From Dicyema japonicum (taxonomy: Eukaryota > Animalia > Dicyemida): 64,000 nucleotides of DNA. How positions within the stretch are numbered: the first letter of the stretch is position 1; each line of letters opens with the position of its first letter. The notes under the pieces were generated by a model. That model was not told where the DNA came from and made no database searches. It worked only from the letters and a program-made list of their open reading frames with translations. The position numbers and the translations under genes were made by a program. Shown here one piece after another: positions 25,420 to 38,619 of the stretch. The stretch is taken from positions 130,426-194,425 of the forward strand of contig RDEW01000071.1 in assembly GCA_011109175.1 (NCBI GenBank). Reading direction: 5' to 3'.

Positions 25420-28400
25420 ACCAGTTTGTTTTTATAGGGACTTAATAATCCAATAAATATAAATAATGATCCCAAAAATATAAATAATAATCCCATAAAT
25501 ATTTTTGGGACCAGGTGACCACTACTGTCAAAAAGAGCACGAGCACCAGAGCTGTGATACGTTGCAGCTCAAACATGTTAATGAGGTCTTTGCGCGGAAT
25601 CTCGTCGCAGCGGTAGATGTCCCACTTGAACAGCGTAGATTTACTCGCAAGATCCTTCATTGTAAGGTAAACGGAGTAGTGTTAACCTGCATCAATAAGG
25701 CTGTGGCTTATGCGGTGGAGGCTAAGCCAGTAGGGTCACTGGGTGACATCTCCCTAGTGCTGTATGCAGCACAGATCACCTATGAGGAATTGACGGACAA
25801 GCCCAGACCACCCAGTAAATGGAGGGAGCAGATCTGTGCCAAGATTGCTTGGAGACAGACTGAGCTGGAAGCACTGGAGGGGCACATAAGTAGTGTGGCG
25901 AGAGGGGTTAGAGGAAAAGCACCGCCTATAGTAAAGGGGCTAATTAGTAAACTCCGTGTTCCCAAATGGGACCTCAAAGAGTTGAGGAGGGCAAAGGTGG
26001 AGTTAGAGGGGGCAATAATGGTGTATAAGAGGAAACTCTATACACATGAAAGTCGGTGTAAGAGAAGGAGAGAAAATAATCTGTTTGAGTTTAATCGCAG
26101 ATTGTTTTACCGTCGCCTACACGAAAATGGCCATAGTGTATGTTCCCAGCAGGACGCGGAAATGCTTTCCACATGGGGTAGTATGTGGGAGGCTAAACCA
26201 CGCAGAGGAAATGCGTGGAATGTCCCGTACAGCGCCGCTCCTTTCTTGGCGGAATCTTGCGGAATTTTCGATTTTCGCAAGAAATTTGAGGCGGTAGTGA
26301 GACATCTCCCTGATTGGAAGACGACCGGGGTCGATAAAGTTTATAATTTCTTTATCAAAAGATGCACTTCATTACACGAGTCTATGTGTCGTGTATTACA
26401 GAAAAGCATCACTAACCCGGAAACGATTCCTGATTGGGCATGCACAGGGACAACTTATTTGATCCCAAAGCTGGACAACCCCCAGTCTGCTGCAGATTAT
26501 CGACCGATAACCTGCATGCCAACCCTGTATAAGCTGATGACCAAATTGTGGCTAATGAGGTCAGGAGCTTTGTAGACGCAAATGGGATTCTCTCCGAGAA
26601 TCAGTTGGGAACTGTGCGAAATTGTCAGGGGGCAAAAGAGCAGGCTTTGATCAACAAATGCCTTTCTGTGTCTCACGGAAACTCACTTTTGTCTATGTGG
26701 GTGGATGTGAAGAAGGCTTACGATTCAGTTGATCATTCTTACCTTGTCGAGTGCCTACACAGTCTGTGTATGCCTGTGTGGTTCATCAGCTTTGTAGTGG
26801 CTGTGATGAATAGGTGGAGTATTCATCTGAACTATAATAGGCACCGGATAGGCGAGGTAAAACTCAAGAGGGGGATCCTTCAGGGGGATAGCATGTCTCC
26901 GCTACTCTTTGTTCTCTGTTTGGAGCCATTGAGTCGCCGCCTCAATGACCGGTTTGAGCAAATACCAGTTCATTGTGAAGGGGTCTGTTTCAGTACAAAT
27001 CACCTTCTTTTTATCGATGACTTGAAGATGTATGCTCGAACAGCCGAGGAGCTCTACTCCATGGGGGTCTGTGCCAGGGAATTCTTTGAGAGTATAGGGC
27101 TAGATTTGAATTATTCAAAGTCTGCGACTAACACGCAAGTATGTAGCGAGTTAGTAAGAGTCCTAGAGGAACACGAAGGATATAAGTATCTGGGTGTTAC
27201 CGAATCTCCAAAGTCCCTTATAATGCCTGAGACAAAGCGACAAATTACTGAAGGCATCCGTAAAAGAGCAGCGTTATTGTGTAAGACGTCTCTAAATGCA
27301 AGGAATTTGTTCCTAGCATTAAATGAGTATGCTGTCTCGCTGCTAAACTACTACATAGGTGTTGTGGAGTTTGAGCCCAAAGAGTATGATGAGATGGATG
27401 TTATGATCCGTGGAGTACTCAGAGAGAACCATGTCCATGTGTTGGCAGCCAATAAGGAGAGACTATATTTACCCCGTGATAAATTCGGCCGTGGACTGTG
27501 TGGAGTAGTCCAACTAAGTGAGCGCATCCTAATGCGAATGCACGACACCCTGATAGCTGGGTCAAGTGTGTCTGCTAGGAAGCACGCCATAATAACGACC
27601 GAGAAAACACGGGCAACCCACCTAGGCACTATCAGACCTTTTTTGTCTGCTAAGTATGGTGTTGATGATGGTGGGCTAGTAAATGTGAAGGCGTTGATCG
27701 AATTACAATATAATAATTTGATGGAAAAGATCAACTTAAAAAGCCTTCATAAGGTCCTCTTCAGAGCATTGGACAACCCACATGTCGACCTTAAGTCGTC
27801 GACAATATGGCTAAAATACGGTGACAACTCACCTCGATCGGAGGCGTTGTACACGTATATGCAAGACCGCAATATTTTTTGGGGTCGATCAACAAATACA
27901 TGTCCCCACTGTAAGTCAAGGAGCATGTCGGTTGATCATTTAGCCACTCGATGTGGATCCATGCTCTGCCACGACTATGTGTGGAGGCACAACGAGGTAG
28001 TAAGGAGTCTTCATCTTCTACTATGCAATAAGTATGGTATTCGCCACACCAGAAAGTTGCGGACTCATAAGGTGCAATCTGTAGTAGAGAACACCAGGGT
28101 CCAAATTAAGGTAGACAGTGTTATCCGTACCTCGGTGCTAGTCAAGCACAATAAACCGGACATTGTGGTACACGATAAGGAGTCTGGCCAAGTCCTTATC
28201 ATAGAAGTTGGCATCACGTTTCAAGACCGTTTGCAGACTGTGGAGGTGGAGAAAAAAAGGAAGTATGACTTGCTTGCAAACAAGATGGGGCAGATGCTTG
28301 GTTGCAAGGTCCTCGTTATTCCTATAGTAATGACGTGGGAAGGAATTGCAACAAAGTACCACAAGTGTTATCTGAAGCAGTTGGGGGTAGATAGAAAGCC

Positions 28401-28650
28401 TCCAGGCCTATCTACAGTCCACTCTATTAAAGCGGACCCTAGAGAGCCTGACACTAGAGTATAGGAGTCAGAGCCCGGAGATGCCATATGGGCAGAGGGT
28501 TCAATTGGACATGGCTCTCTCGGAGTTGTTTCAGCAACCAGAATCGAACCTGCCTGAGGAGGCTGGCGAACAGGCAGGCGAGGAAGGTTGTTGATTATTA
28601 AATATATTAACTTTTTTATTGTTGTTAAATAAAGTGGGTTTAACTTTACA
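25420..28650 (+). mobile_element. R4/Dong-like RLE-type non-LTR retrotransposon, nearly intact
   Basis: ORFs of 356 and 638 aa joined by one frameshift. RT motifs YRPITC, DVKKAYDS, GILQGDSMSPLLF, LFIDD. CCHC knuckle CPHC..HLATRC, RHNEV, and RLE motifs KPDIVV, IIEVGIT, EKKRKYD. Candidate 22-bp TSD at 25398-25419 and 28651-28672 (19/22 identical). Confidence 0.95.
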
Positions 28651-28687
28651 ACATGTAAAAAATTAATTTGATTTAACATTAAGTTAA

Positions 28688-28975
28688 CCGGGTGGCATAG
28701 TGGTTTGGTGTCGGGCTAAGTGACTTAGGTTACGGGTTCGATTCTCGCTGCTGTGACGCAGTGAAACGCTTGACGAGTGACGCCGTCATCAGTGGACTCT
28801 CACTGCGGAACTGGATTGTCGAAAAAACACACACACACAAGAAAAAGAAAATAGAAGTGAAGATCATACCTTGGTTCTACGATTAGTTAAAATTAACTGT
28901 TCTTTACTTAAATAAAGTGTGTGTCCTGCCTATGCGGAGCTATACCACGGCTTCGTAAAAAAGGCTGTTATTATT
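28688..28975 (+). mobile_element. tRNA-derived SINE family A copy
   Basis: A-box TGGCATAGTGG, B-box GGTTCGATTCT, (TTA)n end. Confidence 0.9.
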
Positions 28976-28989
28976 AAGTATGACAAGAG

Positions 28990-29280
28990 GCCGTGGGAAT
29001 TTTTAACAAAGTGGTCCATTTCCTGAAAAAGGTTGGGAACCCTTTATTTAGAAAATAGACTTTCGTCCATTTCTGCAATCATACCTTCACCTCCAATCAA
29101 CATCGATTTCACAGATGTAACCAATGAAGTACGGAGATCTCCCGGACAACTGTCAAAAAGTTTACCATTGCGACAAACTCCAGAGAAGGTTGTCTTTAAC
29201 TCTTCTGTGACTTTATAACTCAACAAAAATAGAATTAAATCTTCAAGATTCAATTGAGTCTTTTCTAGCCCCACCTCACC
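28990..29280 (-). mobile_element. Merlin (ISXO2/IS1595-like) transposase fragment
   Basis: IGGEGMIAEMDESLFSK matches the Merlin GG.g..vEiDES.f.k signature. A stop follows immediately. Confidence 0.7.
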
Positions 29281-32200
29281 AAGCCTCTAAGAAGGAACAC
29301 AATGGATGAAAAGGCGAGCCTTAACCCTAGGCTAATGAATAAGTTATTTATCCCCAAGTGTCCCGAATATGCAGTCAGGGGTGACAAATGCAGTGGACTG
29401 GTACTGCAAAAACAAAACATAAGGACTAAACTGACATCAAGCATGCTGTCAGAAATGACAAGTAAGATAATCTGAAAAGACAGCAAATCAACCACAAACC
29501 ATTTTCAACTTTATGAACATTTATTTAAATATTAATCAATAAAGGCACTTATGACAAGGTCTCCGTTATGGCCTGCAGGCATTGAGCACGCGATGGGAGT
29601 TATTCAACATATCACTTGACAACGTGTTTTATGTCTACATAATTCAAAAACATATCACTCAATTTTTATGTTGGAGCCATAAATTATTAGATAGCCAGCG
29701 TGATTGAGAGTACACTCTCTCATACAATTTGCATAAAATGCGCTAACGACTATCCACATCCTTGCTTTTTTCTCATTTTTGTTATCAACGGAAATAATAA
29801 TTTTTATCATCGTTAAAAGATCTCTTCCCAAGTCTTAATTTGTCTACACCCGACCATCTTAATGATATGTGGGACAGTCTGCCCTCGGTCTTGTGTTCTC
29901 GTTAGCCTCAGGCTTCCGTCATTAGATTGACAGGAGGCAAATCAATAGCTAAGAAACAACCGACCTAATCGTTGAACAAAGTGTATAATCGATGGTCTAG
30001 AAATCTCCATAAACTCAAGACAGTCTCAGTTTGTCCGAATAGTGAGTATCCGCGGATCAAAAATGCCTAAGAACACGTGGCTATGCAAACGAAAGACAAA
30101 GCAAGCCTATTTCGTAGACAACAAAGGTAAATCGAACATAAAAGTGCAACTAAGACAGTAAAGGATGAGATCCCCAATTTATCAATGATCCCTACAGAAT
30201 AAAAATCAACAAGTAACCCAAGAGAATCATTCGATGACTCATTTTCATTCAAATCCATAATCATTCTAGAAATTAAGTAATTCAGAAACTTCTCAATAAG
30301 TGGGGTAACTGGATTACAAACTTCTCCGTGTTTGTGCCACATCCCCAAACAACATTTGTACTCGACAGACTCTCAGGGATATTTCCGTCGTTTACACAAT
30401 CTCCAATTTTACGGATAACCTTAAAATTCACGTTATTACCGAAAACCATAATTACACGCAATCCAACTAGACGGCGATCAAAGTTTAAAAGTAACGCGCA
30501 CTCCGTTTAGCCGTAAAATCACATTTTTGCATTGGTGGATCTAAGAACCCATTTTGAACCCAGCGAGAAATGTCTACCAGTTCCTCATGTCTTCAAGTGG
30601 TAATAAATTCTAAGAGTACTAATAAATAGTTAATAAATCGAATATAAAATTATGGTTGAGTCATCAATGATTCATTAATTTGCATTATCATTTTGAAATG
30701 TTGAAATTATCATTTTGATCTCTCATTAATGAAGAAATCCATATGAAAGTCTGGATCGACTCTCTGTCTCCTGCTGACATTATTGAGAGTGGGTGAAGCA
30801 GCTATCCGCCGCAGAGAGAGTGAGACTAAATGAAAGAGATACTTATGATTCATCCACTTGGTACGATTGCTATCGAGACAACTGGAGCGAGAAGTAAGCG
30901 GTCTTTCTTCGAAATCCTGGAACGTCTGGCCATATTCAGATTGACGTCCGTGAAGCCCAGTTGATCCTCCTGTCCAATAACTATTTGAAGAATTAATCAA
31001 GTCAAATAAGTCTGGTTATAATATACACAAGTCTTCAATTGAGAGTGTTTGTCCGCGTCATCTTGACACGTGTCTTACAGAAAAGTCCATATAAGATTTT
31101 CTTCGCAGAGGCAAGTTTGGCTATCCGAAAACGACATTGTTAGCTGAAATTCTTGATATAAGCCACATTGGGAGATGACTGAGTGAGGTCTCGTGCATTT
31201 AAGAATTATAGTCTGGGACTATACTCCAGATCACGGGAGGTGGCCCTGAAAATTCAGGCAGTCCTGTACGTTCATGTGCGGGCATGAATAAAGAACACCG
31301 GGCAAAAGATGAGGTCTCTGTTAGAATGCATGGGGATCACGTGATAATTAGTTTGGTTTTACCGTGGTCTTTGATTGTTAAAATAAATAATAGTAACTTT
31401 ACTGCACGTGCTCAACAGATTATATTGAAGCAAATAAAATTCCAATAATCGAACATCGATTTTTAAAAATTATTTATCGAACAATTTGTAGAATCTTAAA
31501 CATTAAAGAGCTCGAATGCCCATGCTGTTTCCTTTGACGATCGCTATCGAGATACGCTCTTGAAGCCATCCAGTCTCACGTGGATCCTTGGTCACGTTAG
31601 GACAATCTCGTAGAGTTATCTATCCTCAATGCGAACGTTGTTAACCAAAACTTTGATTTTAAAAGCTTGAGTTCTCTAAATTAACAAATCATTTTTTTCA
31701 GGAGATCGAAATGATCTCCTTAAGAATCTAGGACAATCCAAAATACTAAGAACAGTCGACAATTAGTTTCCAATAATTCCCTTGTTCCTCCTCAAGTGGA
31801 CTTGACATCTTCCTCCAAATTTTGTCCCAGAAGAGATTCGAACCTGGAGAATAATGTACCCGACGATTCCTCGTTCCGAAATTTCATGTATGCAACGTCT
31901 CCCAACTGAAAGTGTTCATAATTAAATCAGCGATCCTTGACTGACAAGTGTTTCCCCCAACTCGGAGTTTTGGCCTCTTACAGAATCTTAGTCACAATCG
32001 CTAAGTCTGACTTGTGAAAAGTGGATTCTTTACAAAATATGTTCTAAAAATTACTTAATTATCTCAATTACCAGAAAATAATAATAACAATTCACCCAAA
32101 AGTCAATAATTCTAATAATACAATAACACTCTTTATCCTCCATTATAACATGCCTATAGAACCCATACTAACACGTGGTCAATGCAGGGGGTATGTAAAA

Positions 32201-32439
32201 ACTGAGAGATGACCAATACACTCTGGAACGCAAAAATATGAGAACACTGCCGGATCATCTACCAATGTGGACCATCCTATATTCGCTGAGCTCTCTCCCG
32301 CTTGTATTGCTTCAATTGAACATCCCCAGGAAAGATGGGGGTATTTATTTGATTTTATGACTGTTGCTGTCAATTACCATCAAATTTGAATATTCGATAT
32401 TAATAATCAAAATTGACAATATTATGCAATAATTGATTT

Positions 32440-33727
32440 TAAAACGTCGGTAATTTAAGTAGATTCATCGGGTTTATCGGCTTGGTTGTACACCAGCGAG
32501 TGGGAAATGAGTGAGGAAATGATGAACCACGCAGTGACGACCAAGAACGGGGATTAAACTTAGCTTTCCTAGACAGCATCCTAAAGAAGCTCGCCAACAA
32601 CTCAACAACATATAGAGAACTAAAAAGAATAATTGCCTTTAAAAGAAGCGAAAGGACCTCGTGCATTCTCATTAAGCGGACAAATGATGGACGGATTCAG
32701 GTGACTCTCTGGGCTGACATTGAAGGTCAAGAACAGAAAAATTCGCCCCAGTTTAATGATGACGCAGATATTCCGATGGCCAAATGTCCAAATGGGGGAC
32801 CTGACTGGCATATGCCAACACCGTTCTGAATCGAAGGGCTACTATCTGTGCGTGAATCCATACCACTACAATCTCAAAAATACCGATAAGGGTATTCTCA
32901 GCATTTTGATTAATAAATTGATTATTTAACGCATCAATAGGAGACTCTAAAGAACAACTGAATAACTGCAATGAGAGCTACTGCGATGATGAGAACCGTA
33001 AAAGGTTTTTTCCCTACTTGAGACCGTGGGATGCAATCCCGGATAAATATAGAAACCACCGAATGTTCAGAATTCTATTTGAATATTACGTCGTAGCTAT
33101 GAATACACGTATTTATGACTTTAATGGCAGTGGAGTTCTCTTGGGCTAGATGTACGTACTTGGAATTCACAAGTCAACATGGAGATCAGTTTGATGCTGA
33201 CTTGGTGTACAACAGCGTGATTGTGGATAATACAAACGTCTGTTTTGATCAAAGGTCATTTCACCTTGGAAAGATCAGTAACTCAAATAGACACAAGAAG
33301 ACGGAGCATTCTTTGTAAGATGTTGTTTGATCTCAGAAAATTCGTGGAAGGCGGTATCAAGCTCGTGAAGAACTCCCTCGAGTCTTACAGCGTCATCTGC
33401 AAGTCAGCAATCCCGTTGTTCCTGCAAGGTCAGTTCACACAAGTAGGCGACTATGTCGTCAGATTGGCACCCAATACCTGCATTGAGGTTGTCGAAGGAG
33501 TGATTCGTAGGTCTTCAACTTCCGCAAATTGTTCGATGTCACTTTGGAGGAAATCATCGAGAAACCTGGTCGGGTTCATTCTCATTTCAGAAATTTCTAT
33601 TTCCAGTTTAACAACGATGAGTAAGAGACTGTGTACGGTTGTTCTGAGCTTTAATAAAGGATGGGGTAATGGTTACAAGAGGAACCACGTGCATGAATCT
33701 CCATGTTGGATTATGGTCTATATTTGA
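32440..33727 (+). CDS. SMAD: Divergent Smad (MH1 + MH2) with about seven short introns; start codon unresolved
   Basis: MH1 SCILI, DGRIQV, FRWP, LCVNPYHY. MH2 W..C.Y.E, F.LG.ISN, LSFNKGWG..Y, SPCWI. Introns include 32701-32725, 33315-33336, 33488-33510 and 33569-33590. No frameshift needed from MH1 to the stop. Confidence 0.93.
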
Positions 33728-34064
33728 CTTTACTTAGATTGAATTTGGGGTCGGCTTTTCGTTTATAAATCTTATTTTGGAAAATTTAGAAAATATCAAA
33801 CGTGAACGAATGTTGTAATAAATTGTTACTTTTATTTGTTTATAAACCTTTTTGTAACAGTTCGTTAGCCTCACAAGGTTACGGACCAGTGGGTTCTTGA
33901 AGGGACTCGTCAAGAACTCTTCTTGAATCCCGAATTTGTAAGAATTTAGGAGTGTGGCCGTGTAACTATGAAAAATTAGTCATAAGTCTTACACGTGCTT
34001 GTGTGGGTTAAGGGAGGAACGTCGGGCAAAGGTGAGGTCACAACTCAGAAGGCATTTACAAAAC

Positions 34065-34240
34065 TGCACTTTTAAGCAGAGCCATATTAACTATCGCTCC
34101 CCCAGGCATGACACGCACGTACTTATCGTAGAGGGGGAACCAAGGAATGCTCTTCACTTTTTTTCCTTTTTGTTTGGTGTATGTCCTTTATAGACGATTG
34201 GGTTCCGCAGTGAAATGTTCACTGAGATACGTGGAACCTT
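34065..34240 (-). mobile_element. Old, divergent SINE family A copy (partial)
   Basis: Blocks GAGCCATA..GCTCC, AACCAAGGAATG and GTTCCGCAGTG are shared with family A. Confidence 0.6.
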
Positions 34241-34844
34241 AACCAGAATTTACAGCAGCGAGGTTCAACTAGGGCCATCAGGCTTCTTGCCCGGCACTCG
34301 TTACACTGCCCCAATCGGCATGTCAAATTTATAAATCTGATAATTTTGTCCAAAAACTGTCCTAATCTTGTTCTGCAATGTTTTTCACTTGTTCGCTTAT
34401 GCGGATCATCTAAATTCGTCAGAATGGTCGGACTTGTGTGCCAAAATACTAAATATAACCCCAATCGAATGGCCTTTCGAGATCTCAGGAATCTGACGAT
34501 GGAACGCATGCTCATCAGAGAAAAATGAGACTCCATCAGAATGTTGGTAATCGTTTTCTAGAAATATTTCTTTACGACTTTTTTTTCAATTTTAAAGATT
34601 TTCGCATTGGCCTCTTTTTTAGCTCAAACCCAAAGTTTTTAGATTTCTGACGTTTCTTGAGTAGACTAACTGATCTCAGCTTTCAGAGCAATCTACAACT
34701 TTACTAATTTGATTTTGCTTAATTTATAAAAAAAGTGCAACAGTACAGTTCTAAATACAGTAAAGTCCCTTAAATTTTTTTTTTTTAATAATAAAAATTT
34801 TTTTTGACTTTCAAATGGTTTTATTATAAAATGAATAAAAATTA

Positions 34845-35830
34845 AATTAAGGCATCTGAATGGCCATGCTATTTCCCCTAACAATAGCCAACGAGATACG
34901 TTCTCGGAACCAACCAGTCTTTCGCGGATCCTTGGTCACAGCTTGAATCATGGAGCCGATCTTACGAACCAACTCATCTGCTTGGGGGCCAAGGATTCCT
35001 GACGTTTCCACCGCGAATGGAACAAAAAGATACTCCTCCGAAATTCTCTGGTACTTCCTCCTCTTTCGTTCCTCGGCCTGCTTCGAAGCATGTCCTGGGT
35101 TCGAAGCAGAAGCAACCAAATTAGACGGGAATAAGTATCAACACACGTCCAGATCAGGTTTCGTCCGTTGGCGAATGGAAAAGTCGTCATCCCATCAGGG
35201 CGTTTTCCATCGTTTCGGGAAAGACCAGCAGGTTCTAACAGGCAATGGTGTCCAGCAGAGGCAAGGGAATTCTTTAATGTCATGTTAAGACAGGAGTGCC
35301 TGAAGAAACGACCCGCACTCATCTTGCATGACAAGGGATGATAACCAAAAGGATCGATCCAACGTCCACAGCGGCATTTTCTTTCGGCACACAATTTAAG
35401 ACCAAGACGAAGCGAGGTAGCTATTCTCACAGCCTCATCATCCAACAGGTTTCCAATTTCGGCAGATGGATAAGCGTTCATCCAGGCCCCCGTCGAGTGA
35501 CAACTGGCTGTTTTGAGGCAGGCAAGCCTTCTTACATCTTACGTCTTTTCAAGGGACTCTTTCTTCTTTTCGAAGACACACAACAAATAGGACTTTTGCT
35601 TATCACAATTGGCCGGAGCATTCAGGTACAAATTCATCCATTCATCCCAGGCTCCCGAAGGCGTCAGCGGTACGTTTAGTCCGGAAGTAGAGTGAAGGAC
35701 CGTATCCACTAAACGCCTTGACGAGCCGAACAAATATAAATAGGCGCCCAAAGCAACGTCCGAAGGAAGAGAAAGACCCAAACCACGCAGGCTACAGGGA
35801 GTGAGGCCTGTAACCATCCGAAATCATCAA
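34845..35830 (-). mobile_element. CRE-like element 3' part (RLE domain)
   Basis: LRLGL, C.CG...D..GYHPLSC, RH..LN, GKRPDG, PFAVETSGILG and RISLAIVRGN. Confidence 0.9.
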
Positions 35831-36099
35831 AACGAACATTAAGAATGGACCCCATCGTTGACCGGATATCCATATCAATTAACGATAGAAGGTCTTTTTC
35901 GGCGTAGCATGGGGATCCCCGTAGAATAAAAAGGAGTTTTGGGAAGGAGACAATTCTTCAGCATAAAAAAGGCGTCCCTTAAATTGGCCCAAAATTGTTC
36001 CTGAACTATTTGTGAATTTGGCCAATTTGAGAATTTGAAACATCTGGGTACTTTTTTTTAATTTTAATTTAAAAACCAAGAATTACCGACAAAACAAAG

Positions 36100-37165
36100 G
36101 AAAGTAGGGGCCGTCAGGTAATCCCGGCCCCCTTGAGCAGCCGCCTCATCTTTTTTCGGTGTTCCTTCCGAGTGCCGACACACTTCCTGTATGGACGAAT
36201 CACTTTTCGGAAATTTAGGGGTTTTGGCTGAGCTCCAATTCTCCTCTCGAGTTCCTCGAACGAGGTTGGTTTTAATGACGAGGAGGAGGATCTTTGTAGA
36301 ATTTTCGTTACTGTCTCTTGGAAGGAGTTTAATTTCTTTAGGTTGGTGTGGGATATGTTAGTACCCCATGCCGCGCAGCAGTAACTGATTGACGGAAGTA
36401 TATTGGTGGTAGAGATGATCTACTGTTGAATGGAACCATCTCTTGCAGTATCCAAGTAGCGTTTTTACGAAGTTTAATTTTCTCTGGGAAGAGGAGATTA
36501 TGCTGCTCACATATTTGCTGAAGGTCATTAGTGGGTCATATGTGACCCCTATTATTTTAATTGAATTTGTAAAGGGGGTTGTTATTCCATTTAGGGGAAA
36601 TGAAGGCGCCGAGTTAGTCAATCTTCTATTGGAAGTAAAGATCATAGAACACGACTTTTCAGGACTTGTGTAGTTGGTTCCTCGTAAGCCAACAGTTCAG
36701 GTTATCCAGTGAATCTTGTAAGCGGGTACCCGCTGTGTGGATGCACTGACTCTTGCTCATAGTATTAAGTCGTTGATGTAATCAAAGAATAGGGTATTGT
36801 CGCAGCTGTAAGAAGGCATGTCGTTCGTGAATAGGTTGAATAGAATGGGAGACAGGGGGATCCTTGCGGGACCCGTTCGGTAGAAATTTAGTGATTGAAG
36901 ATGTGGAATGGGAGATTACTTTTCCTCTCAGATCTTCATAGTGAGCAGTTTCCTCGGTATTGAGTCAAAACCCTTATGTATGTCAATGGAACACATAATG
37001 GTCTTTTGATGCCAAGGCCTTCCTTGATGAAATTTGTCAGGCAGGTAAGGTGGGTAGTTGTGGAACGAGCCTTCTTAAATCCATGTTGGAAGGAAGGATA
37101 CGTCTGGGAGGTAAGGTTTAATCTGATTGAGAATGAGTTTATCCAGGATTTTGGAGGTGGCACAC
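36100..37165 (-). mobile_element. Degenerate I/Jockey-group LINE RT
   Basis: QHGFKKARSTTTHL, a frameshifted PQGSP/SPILFNLFTNDMP, and IIGVTYDPLMTFSKYV. Confidence 0.85.
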
Positions 37166-37499
37166 AGGAGGGATATTAGTCTATACGAAGCTAATGAGTC
37201 CTTCGACCGTCCAGGTTCTAGGTAAAATTTTTAGTTTGAAATTTTGATTTTTAATAAAATTATTAAAAAGATTAGTAAAAATAAATTTTTTAATAATGTG
37301 TGGCCAATTTAAGAGTTGACCAATTAAAGAAACTTCACTGACACGTTCCAGCAGAACCTTCATCCGACCAAAGGACGTTGTCCGCGGAGTTGAAGTAGAT
37401 TCCAGAACTCTTCACCAAGGAACGAATTGTCTCCAGGTGGAATGAATAGATGGATCCTTTTGAATTCCTTCAATTAATTCTGAGAGAAAAGTAAGAGAA

Positions 37500-37743
37500 A
37501 TCTTTAATCAATTAACCATATGGAAACACGTGGTCTAAATATGCTTTAAAATTGTCTAACCTGCCTCAGATACCAATAGAGATCAAACGAATCAGATAGG
37601 TTTCGACGACGTAACGCCTGAGTGTGAACAGACATCCCAGGTTCATGAGGAGAGACAGATTTCATATTATTTTCCTTTAAAATTAGAACTTTGAGTTTAT
37701 TCTCATTATATTCAGGGAAAATGTAAATTTCTGTGAATGTCAT
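37500..37743 (-). CDS. Possible LRR-containing gene fragment
   Basis: LKVLILKENNMKSV fits LxxLxLxxNxL, followed by LRRRNLSDS. Confidence 0.35.
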
Positions 37744-38619
37744 AATATTTATTAAATTATTTTTCTAGGAATTTCTGTTTTAGCAGATTGTTTTCAACTG
37801 TAGAGCTGGTCACGTGCCTCTTGTATAAAATACCAAAAAACTGAATGACTCTGGTTCGAGGAACTTTAAAAATTTATCTTGGGGTCACACGTGTAGGATT
37901 ATAGTTAGCGTGACTCGTTTGTTTACCAACACCGGAAGCCACAAGAAAGCTGATAGAGTATGTCCAATCAAGTGAACCAGAGGTGTCCTGATTTCCTACG
38001 GGTTGTCTTAGAATTAACCTCCTTTAAAGAGAAAGGAGGTGGTTGTTTGCGATAAATGGCTTTCGGATTTGAAATTCAACTGAACTCCCAAATTAAGGAA
38101 TAATCTCAAATATGGTGATCTTGTATTTCCAATGTCTCTCGAGTCCGTCAAATGGGTCATATTTACGAGAAGGAAGACATGGCCTTCACCCATGATGAGA
38201 CAAAGTAGACATTTGTGGATTAGATCTACGTTAAACGGTCAAAGATGAGGGACAGTTGAACTAACATACCTCGAAAGGAATGGACTGTTCATTGGAGGTA
38301 CGTCACCACCTCAACCGTATTTAACTCAAAACAGTCATGATTTTGAGCAGAGATGACGCTGAAGGATCAAAAAAGGAATTATTCTATATTCTAATAGCCT
38401 TCACCACCCATTGGCAAAGACATTCTGTTTCCCCTGACAAATTCCAGAGAAATTTTTTGCAACAACCACTCGGTTTCCCGACGTTCGTTACTCGCTTTCG
38501 ATTCATGGACCCGAGGGATCTTAGAAAAGAGACCGTCTTGGGCCAAAAGGCTCTGGTCACACGACAACTTTCTACAAATATTAATTTATTATGCTGATTT
38601 GGTGTACAACACCCAAAAA

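Noticed and set aside
28688-28770. True tRNA genes at the SINE-A heads
   Set aside because: A and B boxes are present, but there is no complete cloverleaf or T-run terminator. Each is followed by the same body and LINE-like tail, and one copy has a TSD.
31500-32000. LRR remnant (+) or Gypsy integrase tail (-)
   Set aside because: Both readings are weak and mutually exclusive, and neither has a supporting core motif.
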